The position numbers and the translations under genes are program-made. The notes below the pieces were generated by a model. It ran no database searches. It saw nothing but the letters and a program-made list of their open reading frames with translations, and was not told the origin of the DNA. Positions 33,791 to 46,324 of a stretch of 64,000 bases of DNA are shown here, piece by piece; position 1 is the first letter of the stretch, and each line of letters starts with the position of its first letter. Origin of the DNA: Takakia lepidozioides (taxonomy: Eukaryota > Plantae > Bryophyta); NCBI GenBank assembly GCA_030704615.1, contig CM060732.1, forward strand, positions 51,212,001 to 51,276,000, written 5' to 3'.

Positions 33791-36591
33791 TACTGAATTT
33801 GCAAATACCAGACCAGGGGCCAGGTCTGAATTATTAGGGTTTTCTAAGAGCTCCTACCTTGTCTCTGTTTATTGTGACCTACCAGCTGATAAAGCAACCA
33901 ATCAACTCGCCGTCCTTCGAACCTTTCTTTGGAAGAGTTGAAAATGGACTTCTATAGTCTTCAAGGCCATAACAGCAACGATACCTGTTCACAAATTCTA
34001 TATATATATATCAGATGCAATATATGTTTGAAACACAAAGTTTGAGTTCCAAGGACAGTTTTGATAGTGCACTTGATAGCTCACCTCACAAACAAAGTGC
34101 TATTGTTTGCCCGTGGGTGGGTGATAGATCCAGGAGCATTTCTCTTCATGACCTCTTTGGTGAAACTAGTAGGAAACTGATGATTGTTCTACTCCCCTTC
34201 AATGAAATCAGACACGACGTTATGGTATGATGGCGGTACAAGTGTCTTTGTATTGTCCACGTCCTACAGTCACATGTGGAGTCCATTGTAGGTCCACCAA
34301 GTGCTGAAGATACTATATGGAGGGCGCTCTGCATCTTAGCTTGTATGGAAACAATAAGATCACGTTGAAGTACATCAAATCCATGACCTCCATCAAATGC
34401 AACGCTCCCACCAACATCCCCAGCCTCTAGTTCGAGCTCATGCTTCACATCTTCATTCTCAACTTTGCTTAAGAATGCAACAGTTTTGGTGTTGAAAACA
34501 TCTTGACATTCCAACATGGCAGAGAAAGAGGTCCAGCCATCACCACTACTGTATGAACAGAGTACTGCAAGAGAGCATTGTAGACAGATGGAATGTCGTG
34601 AAACTGAGAGGATCTGACAGGAGCGCAGCCCACAAAACCCACAAACCCTATTTCCTCCACTTTTCAAAGAATGCCACAACCGTGCTTGGAAAACTCAAAT
34701 CCATGGATCATGGCATGTCCTATTGTCTAACCAGATGATGACATGGATTATGGCTAAAGCTTCATGGCATGACAACCCAATTCACATGCCCAACACATGT
34801 AGAGTGCAGATCATGCAGAACATTCCACCATGCACAACACCATTGTGTTAAAGAAACTTTTCCTTGTGACCGCGGTTGTGGCGACATTGACTGTGGGGTC
34901 CATGGAGCCAAGGGATGGATTGCCCACCCTGCACGGGAAGACCGCTGACATATGGGAGCGAGCAGAGCTCGTAGGGGTACATATAACGTCCTGCCATGTG
35001 TAGGTTACAATGGTTGGGGAGATTAGGTGTACAACATTGAAAATGTCCAAGTAGTTAGGAGATTAATTAGTTGGGCATTTGGCTAAAACAATAGTTGTAA
35101 GTTGTAAGCTTAGTGTATTATAGGGGCAAAGCCCCAGCCTGAAGGCAGAGAGATTGATGACAAGGATTGAACATTTGAACCCTAAGACCCATAGGCTACG
35201 AAACCATAGTTTTACACACATACAGAAAAATGCTAGAAAAAGTAAGAAAATAAAAATGGATGAATCCCATAACTGGTACCATGGAACCGGCATTTTTTAA
35301 GATGGCATAATTGGTAGATTGAGAACCGGACAAAAAAATTCATGTGTTTAATGAGAACCTATAACCGAGATGGGTTTCAAACCTATTGGTATACCCTACC
35401 ACGGCCATCCATTTTTTTCTCAAAGAGTAGGTCATGGGACCGGAAGAAAGCTCAAACATGGTACCCGGCCAACACTGTTATATACTACTTATTCCATACT
35501 TTTCTTCCAAACTTTCGCTAAATTTGGCTTAGTCTCAAAGATCTTTTTTAGTTGTGCCCGACCTAGTAATTAGAAAAAATTCTTTAAGCTTGCCTCTTTT
35601 CGAAAAAAAAAAGATGGCTCATTGTACTATGATCTATTCTGGTAAATCTTGCTGTGTGAGGTCAATTTTGCTTAGGACTCAATCAGACATATTGTCTGAG
35701 GCACGCAAGGCTTGGATGGTTCTTGGGGAAGCTATTGGCAGGAGAAGGGCGCAGCTTCTCACTGAATTTGATTGCTCATGGGGAGGAGGTGGCTGCATCT
35801 GCACTAGAGAATCTGACACTAAAGTGCAATGGAGCGACGACGTCCCACCAAGCTGGCAGCTCGTATAGTGCCAAGCTCTCTCCCTGAGCAGTAGGCTCTG
35901 TAAATTCACTGGACGTTAAGAGAATCTTTATCTTTATCCCTTGGTGGGGGAAGAGCCTGAAGTGAATTGGAAGCATAGTAAATCTTTTAGGAAGGCTAGA
36001 TCTAAGACTAGATCTAAGGTTCAGCTCTCTTGTGATAGCATCAGTGCTAAATAGTTCTTCCTGGTTGCCCTGCCACTCTCCGAGATGCAGTCTCTGTGCT
36101 GTTCTTCTCCCCCCCACTTGGTTTTATGTCCCGAAACAGTGTCTTCCGACTTCAGCCTCTATGGCACTCCTAAGAGGTTAATTTTTCCTCTTTGTATCCC
36201 GGCCTTGGCCGTTTTTATTTATTTAATATGAGTTCAAGGGCCTCTGTCACCTTTCTTAAAAATAAAATTAAAAAAGAAAAAGGAAAAAAAAGAAAAGAAA
36301 CCACTGCATCTCCTTTTCCTTGGGAGTGCTGTTTCTTTGCTTTAGCAGGAAAACTTCCATTCTCCGGTGGTTCATCCATCCATTCATGGTGACAATAGAG
36401 TGGTAATCATCCAAGCTTTCAGTTTCATTCCTAGCATACCAGCTTCCGGCTTCTCCTCCGGAACCTGGAAGGACAGCGCGAGTGGCAGCATCCATGGATC
36501 GGCAGGTCGCTCATCGATCGCAGGCTAAGTTATGTTATCTCTCATGCCTCACATCGATCCCTGCATTCCGAGCTGACTGATCTGCAAGGTC

Positions 36592-38439
36592 TTGGGGATG
36601 AAGGAGCTTCTCAAACGGGGAGGAAGGTCTGGTGGGTCAGGGGAAGCCATGGCGGCTGCAGCGACAACTCTAATGTATGCGCTGTTTGCAGACTCCCTGC
36701 AATCCCCGCTTCTGAAGCATCCGTGTTCTCGATCTTTTTCTTTCACTTGCGCGAGGGGAATCTATCAGAATGCTGGTTCTGCTACCTCCCATGACACCCC
36801 CTGTCATGGGAATGAGAGACGGCACACATGGAGATCACCAGCGTTAGTTTTTCCACCACGGTCAGGTGATGACCGTGATTCTGTTTTGTCCATAGGAGCC
36901 TCTTCTCCACGTATATTTGCTTCCAGATTGTCAGCTCTCCTCAGTTCTAGGTTTCGAGATTCAGGGTTTAAGCGTAAAGCCCTAGGCAACGGTTGGGACC
37001 TGGATAGGGTTATGAGTTACCTTAGAATTTCACAGACTTATGCATTTCAGTGTTCGTCGAGAGGAGTTTCAACAGGAGTGTCCTCTCTGGCGTTTGCGGA
37101 GCCGAGTGTAACGTCAGGAGAAGTTGAAGAGTATCGGGAACAGCTAACAGATCGGGAGGTGGTGTTGAATTTCTTGCACAGCCAGGGCATTGATATCAGT
37201 GAACTGGAAGGTGTGGAGCTCCCGAAAGATCTGGAGGTTGTGAAAGATCGCGTTGAATTCCTGAAGAAAATCGGTCTCACAATAGGAGACATCGACGCAT
37301 ATCCCCTAATGGTTGGTTGCAGTGTAAAGAAAAACCTCATTCCCGTTCTTGGGTACTTGGAATCTCTGAAAATCACTAGAAAATCTGTTCCCTTTCTCAT
37401 CCGGAAGTACCCACAGATATTGCAGACCAGTGTGGTTATTGATTTAATACCAGTTGTGAGGTACCTGCAGGGCCTGGGTATTGAGGCGAAGCAGATCGGT
37501 AGTGTGTTGTCGCGATATCCAGAGGTTTTGGGTTTCCGGATCGAAGGAACTACGAGTACTTCAATTGCTTATCTCGTTATGATTGGTGTGAATACTAGAG
37601 AGATAGGCCCCATCCTAACAGAGAAGCCTGATATTCTGGGTATGCGTGTTGGCAACAACATCAAACCAAAGGTTGACTACCTCACGAGCTTGGGAATTCC
37701 AAGGCCAATCGTTGCAAAGATGATCGAGAACCGGCCCTTCATATTAGGATTTGACCTAGCTGACCAAATGCGGCCTGCTGTTGAGAACTTGCTGGAAGTA
37801 GGGGTGAGAAAAGAGGCGATTGCACATGTTCTCGTGCAGTTTCCTGACATTTTAGGATTAGAGGTGAAGGAAAGAGTGGCAAAAAAGTTGCCCTGGCTCA
37901 CTGCCAAAGTTGGTGTTAGTAAAGACAGGATGGGACAGATTTTGGAAAAGCTTCCGCAAATTCTTGTAATGAATGTGCCCTTTGGGACGGCTAGGGTAAA
38001 TGCTCTGAGGGATGCTGGATTCTCAGCAAAGCTTGTTGGTCAGATGGTCGCCGACTGCCCACAACTGTTGGCCCTGAGCGTTGATAAAACTTTGAAGCCC
38101 AACCTGGAATTTTTGGTGAAGGAAATGAAGCGGAATCTCAAAGAGGTGGTTGACTTTCCAGAGTATCTCACCTACAGTCTAGAGGGCAGAATACGACCAC
38201 GCCATGAACTAATCCGAGATAACCACATTCAATGCAGCTTGGCATGGATGCTCAATTGCAGTGATGCCAAGTTTGAAGAGAGACTGAAGGTTGATTCTAG
38301 CGGGAAGTGTAATGATAATGAAGAAAGAGTTCCATTTGTAGTCGCAGGCCGTGTGCAAGTGAAGGAGGAGGATCATCATGAAAGCAAAGAATCGCCTGAT
38401 GATGAGGACATGGATGCAAATAGGAGAAGATGGAGCTGA
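36592..38439 (+). CDS. MTERF4: Mitochondrial transcription termination factor family protein, MTERF4 (BSM/RUG2)-like, organelle-targeted, intronless, 615 aa
   Basis: YPLMVGCSVKKNLIPVLGYLE, YPEVLGFRIEGTTSTSIAYLV, FPEYLTYSLEGRIRPR and SLAWMLNCSDAKFEERL parallel plant mTERF4. The N-terminus is Ser/Arg-rich and transit-peptide-like. Confidence 0.9.
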   Translation: MGMKELLKRGGRSGGSGEAMAAAATTLMYALFADSLQSPLLKHPCSRSFSFTCARGIYQNAGSATSHDTPCHGNERRHTWRSPALVFPPRSGDDRDSVLSIGASSPRIFASRLSALLSSRFRDSGFKRKALGNGWDLDRVMSYLRISQTYAFQCSSRGVSTGVSSLAFAEPSVTSGEVEEYREQLTDREVVLNFLHSQGIDISELEGVELPKDLEVVKDRVEFLKKIGLTIGDIDAYPLMVGCSVKKNLIPVLGYLESLKITRKSVPFLIRKYPQILQTSVVIDLIPVVRYLQGLGIEAKQIGSVLSRYPEVLGFRIEGTTSTSIAYLVMIGVNTREIGPILTEKPDILGMRVGNNIKPKVDYLTSLGIPRPIVAKMIENRPFILGFDLADQMRPAVENLLEVGVRKEAIAHVLVQFPDILGLEVKERVAKKLPWLTAKVGVSKDRMGQILEKLPQILVMNVPFGTARVNALRDAGFSAKLVGQMVADCPQLLALSVDKTLKPNLEFLVKEMKRNLKEVVDFPEYLTYSLEGRIRPRHELIRDNHIQCSLAWMLNCSDAKFEERLKVDSSGKCNDNEERVPFVVAGRVQVKEEDHHESKESPDDEDMDANRRRWS

Positions 38440-38857
38440 GGAAATTCAGAAGTGTGCCATTCCCAATGTGTATGCTCCCTTTGGTAAGCACTCCTCCTGG
38501 ATTCACATGCAAGCAACATGTCCTTTCAGTAAGGTGCCGTTAAGCATGTCCTGTAAGACTGTAATGTTCCAGGTGAGGGGCTGGGATGAGGTAGGAAGGA
38601 CATCAAGATCAAACACAAGTGACAGCTATAGAAGAGGAGAGATATGTCGGACGAAGAGTCAGTTATGGAGAATTCTCTCAGCTATCTTGTGTCTGGAGTA
38701 CCGATGGGTTCTCTGTTTGTTCATGCATTCTTGGGGCTTGGATTTGTTCTTCCATACTCAGTACATTCTGTTTCAATGCCATTGATTCTGTCTTACGCCT
38801 GAAATGGTGTTTGTGGGGATGGGTGCAATACCAGGCATATAGCAACATGTCTTCATT

Positions 38858-39238
<381 letters not shown>

Positions 39239-40928
39239 TTAAAAGGTCTCATGGGGACTCAATGTAATACTTATGGCTGTCTCCTGCACTAGAGCAGGTA
39301 GCCCAGTCGTTGGTTGTTTGTGCCTTGCCTATGCATAACCCAGGTGACCTAGGGTTCAAAGTGTTCACCTTTCAATGGAAGGTGGAAGGCAGTTTCGTTC
39401 AAGATAAAGAGACACTATAATTTACACCTCCTTCGGGAGGACTCATCTTTCTTTCCAGCTGTCTCCTGTAATATTTCCAGTTCCATGACTCTTGATGTGC
39501 AGGTACTACATTTGCACTAGATGGTTTTAGTATGTGCAATTGGTTCTCCAGCAGTGTCTCTAAACACCAGTCTGCATCTTCTCTGTCTGTTGTGGTTGGG
39601 TTTTCGTCTTACTAATGCCTGTGCATTGCCAACTGGGTTTGGAGTATTGGGTTCATATTTCCAGCAGTGCGGTTATGAATGCCTTGTGCCACAACAAGTG
39701 GCTTTGGTGAAAGCAATGATACTGCCCAATATGTATTGGAAGTTTTATTATGGTTATGTGCACCAAGTGCTTGCCAGCCCAGGTTTTAATGTCTCTATTC
39801 ACAAGATCAAGGGCCAGGATGCCAGACCATGTATGGTCTGTATTGAATTAACTTATCAGATGGAGAAACCATCCCTTGTATATTAACGTGGCACCCTCAC
39901 AGACTAGCCTAAAGGACATCTTCCTGTGAACTTAAACCGACATTGGCTCCTCACTCCCACGAAAATGAGTCATAAGCTTCTATGATGGTGATGTTGCAAA
40001 ACTTCAAACTCTAACCAAGGCATACTGCAGAGGGAGGCCCGTAGGAATGATAATGTGGTGTAATTGTCTGATAATCTTCAGCAATCTGACTGTCTTAGGA
40101 AGAGCTAACAAATTGCAAATGCCATCTGTCTTGCACTTTGTTGCCAGTGTACACACAACTTTTAATGGTCATAGCACAATAAACAACACCACAGGAAACT
40201 CAAAAAGCCTTAATGGACAAGCATGCATGTTACAAGTGGTGGTGAGAATGGATAAAAGTAACAATACCCAAGCATGCAGAGACCCCCACCAGTGGACAGA
40301 ACTTGAAGATGGCCTCAAAGAATGTGAGACAAGGTAGGAGCTCTTAGAAAAACTTCTATCAGTCGAGCTGTCCTAAAGATTCAGACCTGGCCACTGATCT
40401 GGTATTTGCACAGATTACAGCCTACAACACCAATTTGAGTATAAAAAGTGAGTACTGTTAAGCTACAAATTCAGTACTACTCAAATCATTTACAGAAGAC
40501 CACAATTATATCACAAACACAATTGCATGTAGACAAGCAAATGTTATGAAGCCGAAAAACGGGTGGAAAAACTAGTAGCAGGGCTGTAACCAGTGTGTGC
40601 TTACCAACAGCCGATTGAAAGAGAAGGCACAAGATAGAACCACAGGACATAGCCACAAACAAGAGAGCTATATAGCATAAGGGTCCAAGGCTCAATCACT
40701 GTCAACTTGGGCTTGAAAATCTCTCACCAGCAAGTTGGACCGATCCCCCCCCAACCCCTCCCATCGATTTTGGACTAAGCCCAAATCGATGCCTGCAATT
40801 TCCACAAGCAAACTCAAATCCTTAGCTCACAATCGCAATGGTACTATTACATTAAAAGCCAAATATCCTAAGATAGGAACAATATACAACACAGGATGAC
40901 ATTCATAAAGACCCGGGCAGTCAGTGAA

Positions 40929-43900
40929 TTACCTGTGAAACTCATCTCTTGTAGGAGGGTCTAAGCAATATAGCCCATGCATGCCATTGGTCACCATTCT
41001 GTCAGCAGATGATCGAAGGTTGACCATGGCCATGCTACGTTGGGGACTACATTCGGTGAGCGCTAGTTGTGGTTGCAGCACTGTGGTCAACTGCGTCAGC
41101 TGTTGTAGCCGTGTTCTTGCCAACATCGATGCTAATTCTGAATCTCCTACCTGCCCCAACCAATTTTCTTTAAATGTCTTTCTCAAATATAAGGGTGAAA
41201 CACCTGAATTATAGGAAAAAATGGGGTAGGAATCGCACATCATTGTGAGATGTCCATCATCCCTTCACTTAGCCAGTAAGGGCCCTCCTCATTTTCCAAT
41301 GGGGATGGTACATTGGAAGTTGATCGAAACATTCATAATGGAAGCATGAAGAGGAGGGGAATGAGGAGCGCACTTTGTCACTGGCAGCATTGGCCACATC
41401 GCGAGCTGTGACAGTGCGTTTGACACGCTCACGCACCTGGGAGCAGTGCTGCACCTTAATCTCTTCCTCAAGCGCAACCTTCTCGCCCTTGAGCTTGTTC
41501 ATTTCCAACAGCAGTTGGTTCACAGTGTTCATTAAATCCAACTTCTCCAGTGGAATGCGTCCACGTGGTTGCCTCACCAAAAACTGCACCCCGACACTCC
41601 CTTCAGCGTTCCTAGGATTGAGAGTGGGGAACAAGAGGGATAGAGCAGTCAAAGATCACATACACCAGTGGGTGTCCTCTGCCAGAGCGTAAGTGCATTT
41701 TGTAATCCAAATACTGACTGAAACAGGATTATACAAGGAAAAAATTGTAAGCTGAAGCCTGGTGAAAAGGTCTTTTCAGGAAACCTTGGTTGTGGGTTAC
41801 CTTCTGATTTAGCTTCAGTGTCTCCAATTCTGTTTTGACTTTCTCATTTTCCTGCATTTCATCCCCAGCATACCATTAGGTCTGCCTGCAGTGTTCCGGC
41901 TGCCGGCGGTCCCTAAGTAAAGTTTAGGTCATACAGAAACACGTTCTACACTAGGATGTAGAGCCTTGACCTTTCATATTGGCAGCAACCAAGAGAGGGC
42001 TCCAGCAAGTAACATAACAAAATGAACAAGACAGACCTTGCGCAGGGCAAAGCTCTGTGACACAAGCTGTGATCGGGCAGAGGTTTCATCCCTGAGGCTG
42101 GATTCCAGCAAGGCACGCGAGCCCTCCACAGCTGCCAGCTTATTTTGCAGAGCGATACATTCTTGCTGGACCTCTGCAAACCTGCTCTGTCCTGCTGCTT
42201 CCTCCGTCTCGTACATCTTCAACTTTGCCTTCAACTGCTTCACTTCGGCATCGAACAAATTCTGCAACGAGACACCTCCCACCACCCTCCAATGACTTTT
42301 TTCACAACAAACGACTAAGCTCATGGCCAATTTTCAGTGTCTCTCCTATCCCCGATGACTCCCACCAATATCTGTACATTCAACTGAAAGAAAACTTCAA
42401 ATGGTCTGCGAGTTTGAGTTGGCTCAAGGCAGACAATTCATCCAATCTTATCACCCATCTTGGAACAATGCTGCTTTTGTGTCTGCTGATTGTGATTACT
42501 GATATGTAAGTGTATGTGTACCACACTGCCACACATTAGAATTTCCACAAACAAACCACGGAACACGCTCATGGATCTGCATAGGATACGAGGTGTAAGT
42601 GTTGTGTCCAATGGAAGTAAACCTGTGTACTCACAAGCAACACCTATGAACCAAAGGCCCTCACCTTCACTTTGTCACACAAATAGCCCAGACAGCACCT
42701 TTTAGGTCTACTAAGAGCAAATTTCCTGGAGCCTTTCTTACACTACAGTATCAGCATGATAGCCCTATTTCAAGAATTGGCATGTCCAGTTTGCAACTAT
42801 TGAAATGCTCATGTCAGCTTCTAAAGGAAATCACATAACGCTACCATGTACCTGAAGCTTATTCATAGGAGTTAGAAGGACAAGCACCTGCAATGAATGC
42901 AGCTCTTGTCGCAGCATATTTTTTTCAAAAGCGACATCATCATTGGTGGCCGAAATTGCTTGCTGGGTCATGGTATGCTTCACATCCCTATCTTGTGCTA
43001 CTTGCAACTCTGCTCTCAGATCCTCATTCTCATGCTTCAACTGCACTCCACCATAGACCAGCACATTATGGGACCCTCATCAGTCTATTAAGTATCCCTG
43101 GATGTAGGCTATGACACTAGTTGCTCCTTCCTCCACATTCCGCAAAAAACGAAGTACTTCTATTACTTTGGCCACCTGCATATAAAGTATGAAATCGCAA
43201 GGTCACAACCAAGATAACTTTAGTCAACTAACCAAATCTGTTGGTAGCAAGCAGCAGAGCTCTGCAGTTGATGTCAACTTAACAGCAACATAAGGAGTAA
43301 CTAACCTTCCCACGAATAAGGACAAGGGTATCATTTTTGGCATCCACAATCACCCGTAGCAATGTGAACCCATTTTCCAGCCTTGATAACTGCCACCCAT
43401 GCATGCCCCCAAATATCAGGTTGGAGAAAGACCATAGTAAGTAAATTTCCGACTCAACTATCCCCAGATGGAAGTCAACTACCCTGTGTACTTTCTGAAG
43501 TGAAAACAACATCAACATCCATACCATCCTCAATAAGCTCCAGGAGTAAAGCGTAACCACCAAATGAATTACTGAAAACCTATTGACTTGAGGCCATAAC
43601 AATCAGTTTCTGCCTTTCGGAAAATGTTTGAGGCTCCACAAATAGTCAGTTATGACTGGGCCTCATTGAAGCACACCTCCATAGAGATCCAGTGACAGTG
43701 GCACTAGAAGGGGTAGGCTCAAGACCACACTTTTATGGGATTTTTTTGCAGGTGATAGTGCCGTCGCAGGACTATTTAGGGGCATTGCCACTATGAAGCC
43801 ATAACACCATCCAGACCAACACAATATACTCTGGGATGTAAAATCTGTCTGGGAGAACCTCCAGGTCAGCTGCCATAAATCAGCTACCCTAGAAAGTTGC

Positions 43901-46324
43901 TCACAAACCTAAATCAGATCATTTGCTTTTGAACGGGGAGAGAAAATATCCAAAAGACCTAATAACAAGGCGAAATACATTAACACCCTTAAAGGCTGGA
44001 GGAATGTGACATGATAACTTCCAAATACCAAATAAAGTAGGTAAGATTATATTAATTGATAGTCATCACTACAAATATTTAAAGAAAGTTGTACCATTGG
44101 AAGGATTCTAAATTGCAGGTGAATGATGTCCATACCTCTTCCATAAACGATTTGGGGCCTCCTGAATCAGAGGACCTCTTTCGTGACCTGGAAATATCAT
44201 TGGCCATGGTTTTGAAGGTGGGCAGAACATGACGCTGAAATGCTTCCACAGAATCCGCAAGAGCGGTCACTGTGCCAGAGCTCTTGCTGAAGACATCTTC
44301 CAACACATGCAAGCGATCAACCATGGCATTCTCAGCCATGACCATGTTGTGCTGGAGTTCTTCGACCATGTGTGCTGAGCGGTCCTTCTCCAATGCAGCC
44401 CTTTCCTTTTCAGTGAGGGCTTGAAGGAGTTGTGATGATGTGGATTGCAACAAGCCCTTCATTTGCTCCACCTCCCCTCTTAATTCTACAGTGGCTGCTT
44501 GCACCAACGAAGCCACCTCAACATCTCGATGCGCCCGCAGTCTTTGGAGCTCAATTCGCTGCCAATTGATCGACAAGCAGTGGGGTGCAAGAATCAATGA
44601 GCTGTTGCCCCAGTGGGGGAGAGCATAAGTGCGTAAAAATTGAAACACAAGTAAAAAGGAGAAGAGAGATCAAGACAGATTGTACTCATAAGACGTTGTT
44701 TGCCGTAGCCTTGTGGCCATTGATCAAGACAGAAATGAAACGATACATCATAAGAAAGAAGTGTTGACGTCAATAGGAGGCCCATAGGGAGCACCCATGG
44801 GACACAGGAGAGGAATGAAATGATACTTCATAACGTCCGCAGAAAGCTCAAAGACGAGAAAACATGAAACAAGAAAGAGAGAGTGGGCCCTCCACAAGCA
44901 GCCCAAAAACAACTATTGTTCAAGGAATTGTCTGTGAGTCAAATGCAGATATGCAGCTAAGCATTTCTGATCCTCATAATGGAAGACTTCTGTGAGAGAT
45001 TGGCTAGAATCTACCACGGTTCTCATAGTAGAGAGGACAGTGTCAGAAGATATGTTCTTCACTTTCAATTTCCATGTTGTTTCCAGTGCAAGCGGGGCAC
45101 AGGCAGTCCTCATCTTGCAGGTTGTCCCACCTACCAGTCTCTAACCGCAGACGGTGGGATCCCACCCTAAACGTCCCCAAAGCCCTTAGAAGAGAGGGAC
45201 ATAGAGCTTCAGACAGGTAATTGGGCCGCAAGATTCTATCGTCACGGAGGACCAAGAACGTCTCCCTATAGAACTGCAGTTTTGTCAGAAGATTGGCTGA
45301 TTTCCATGTTCGCAGACATGAAGTCATAAGTTCTCATCTGATGCATCTGTTACCTGCTTGGATGAGATTTCCACCCCCTCTGTATTTTGTGCCAGTAGGG
45401 AAGCTACAGAGATCTGTGACACTCAAAAAAAGTTGAAGACCCAAGCATACTAGGAGGTCTTGAAACCAGCGTTTTTGAGTCTGATAGAGGTTGCGAGGGC
45501 TCGGGCTGTTAGCCATTTGGATGGTGGGGCTTGCAAACCTTGTAAGAAAGAGAGAGAAGGGCTCACCTGATTTTTATCACGAGCAATGATATCATTAAGT
45601 TGAAAACGAAGAAGATCATTCTCATTGCGCAGTGTCCGGGTAATCAAACTCTCGCCCTCTCCTCCTCTGTGACTGGACCTTGGCAGCTGAAACATGGGCA
45701 ACCAACATCAGGTTGAGTGAAGTCAAGGAACTTTCTACAATATGGCCACATCAAGAAAGGATAGGCTGTTTAAGCTCTTCACTAAAATACAGCAGCTTTA
45801 ACCATTTGCTCTTTTCATATGGCGGATACACACGAAGTTTGCTCGCAGTCACTAGAGTTTCTATGCAGGATCTCACGACCAGGCCAAGGCTGCAGTGTCC
45901 AGGTTTTGAGATCACGTTGTGAACCTACAGTGGATAGAAAGAAACCAAGCACACTGGAGAGGGAGCCAGAGAGAGATGGATAAGAAGAAAAAGAAATTAT
46001 TACATCCAAAGGACCCATAGGCCAAGGCTGCAGAGTACAGGTTTTGGTATCATGTTGTGAAACGTCGGTGCATAGCAAGAAGCCAAGCACACTGAAGAAA
46101 GCACAGGAGAGAGTGAAGGAGGGAAACAATGTTACATCCTCAAGAGGCCAAGAGAGCCCATGGACACAGTAGATCAACAAAAGACACAAGCAAACAGAGA
46201 GACAGATTTCACTTTTCACTCTGGAAACACAAAATTGAGATTATCCCAAGGTGTGCACTAATGCCAAGATGCAGGCTCACCTCGGCTGTGGATGCATCAG
46301 TGGCACCTCGACCTCCCCCTCCAC
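40929..46324 (-). CDS. Multi-exon coiled-coil protein of unknown family; 5' end not resolved
   Basis: Helical exons with GT-AG boundaries at about 46324-46281, 45686-45567, 44558-44136, 43040-42887, 42262-42037, 41852-41780, 41548-41373 and 41146-40929 (e.g. AEVKQLKAKLKMYE, LKHENEDLRAELQVAQ). Confidence 0.65.
44900..45330 (-). mobile_element. 3' fragment of a non-LTR retrotransposon ORF2 in an intron
   Basis: FRVGSHRLRLETGRW...CLCPAC...ESEEHIF*HCPLY is the typical post-RT C-terminal Cys/His region of LINE ORF2. Confidence 0.75.

Noticed and set aside
34146-34679. 177-aa ORF, possibly a gene fragment
   Set aside because: No family recognised and no supported exon structure.
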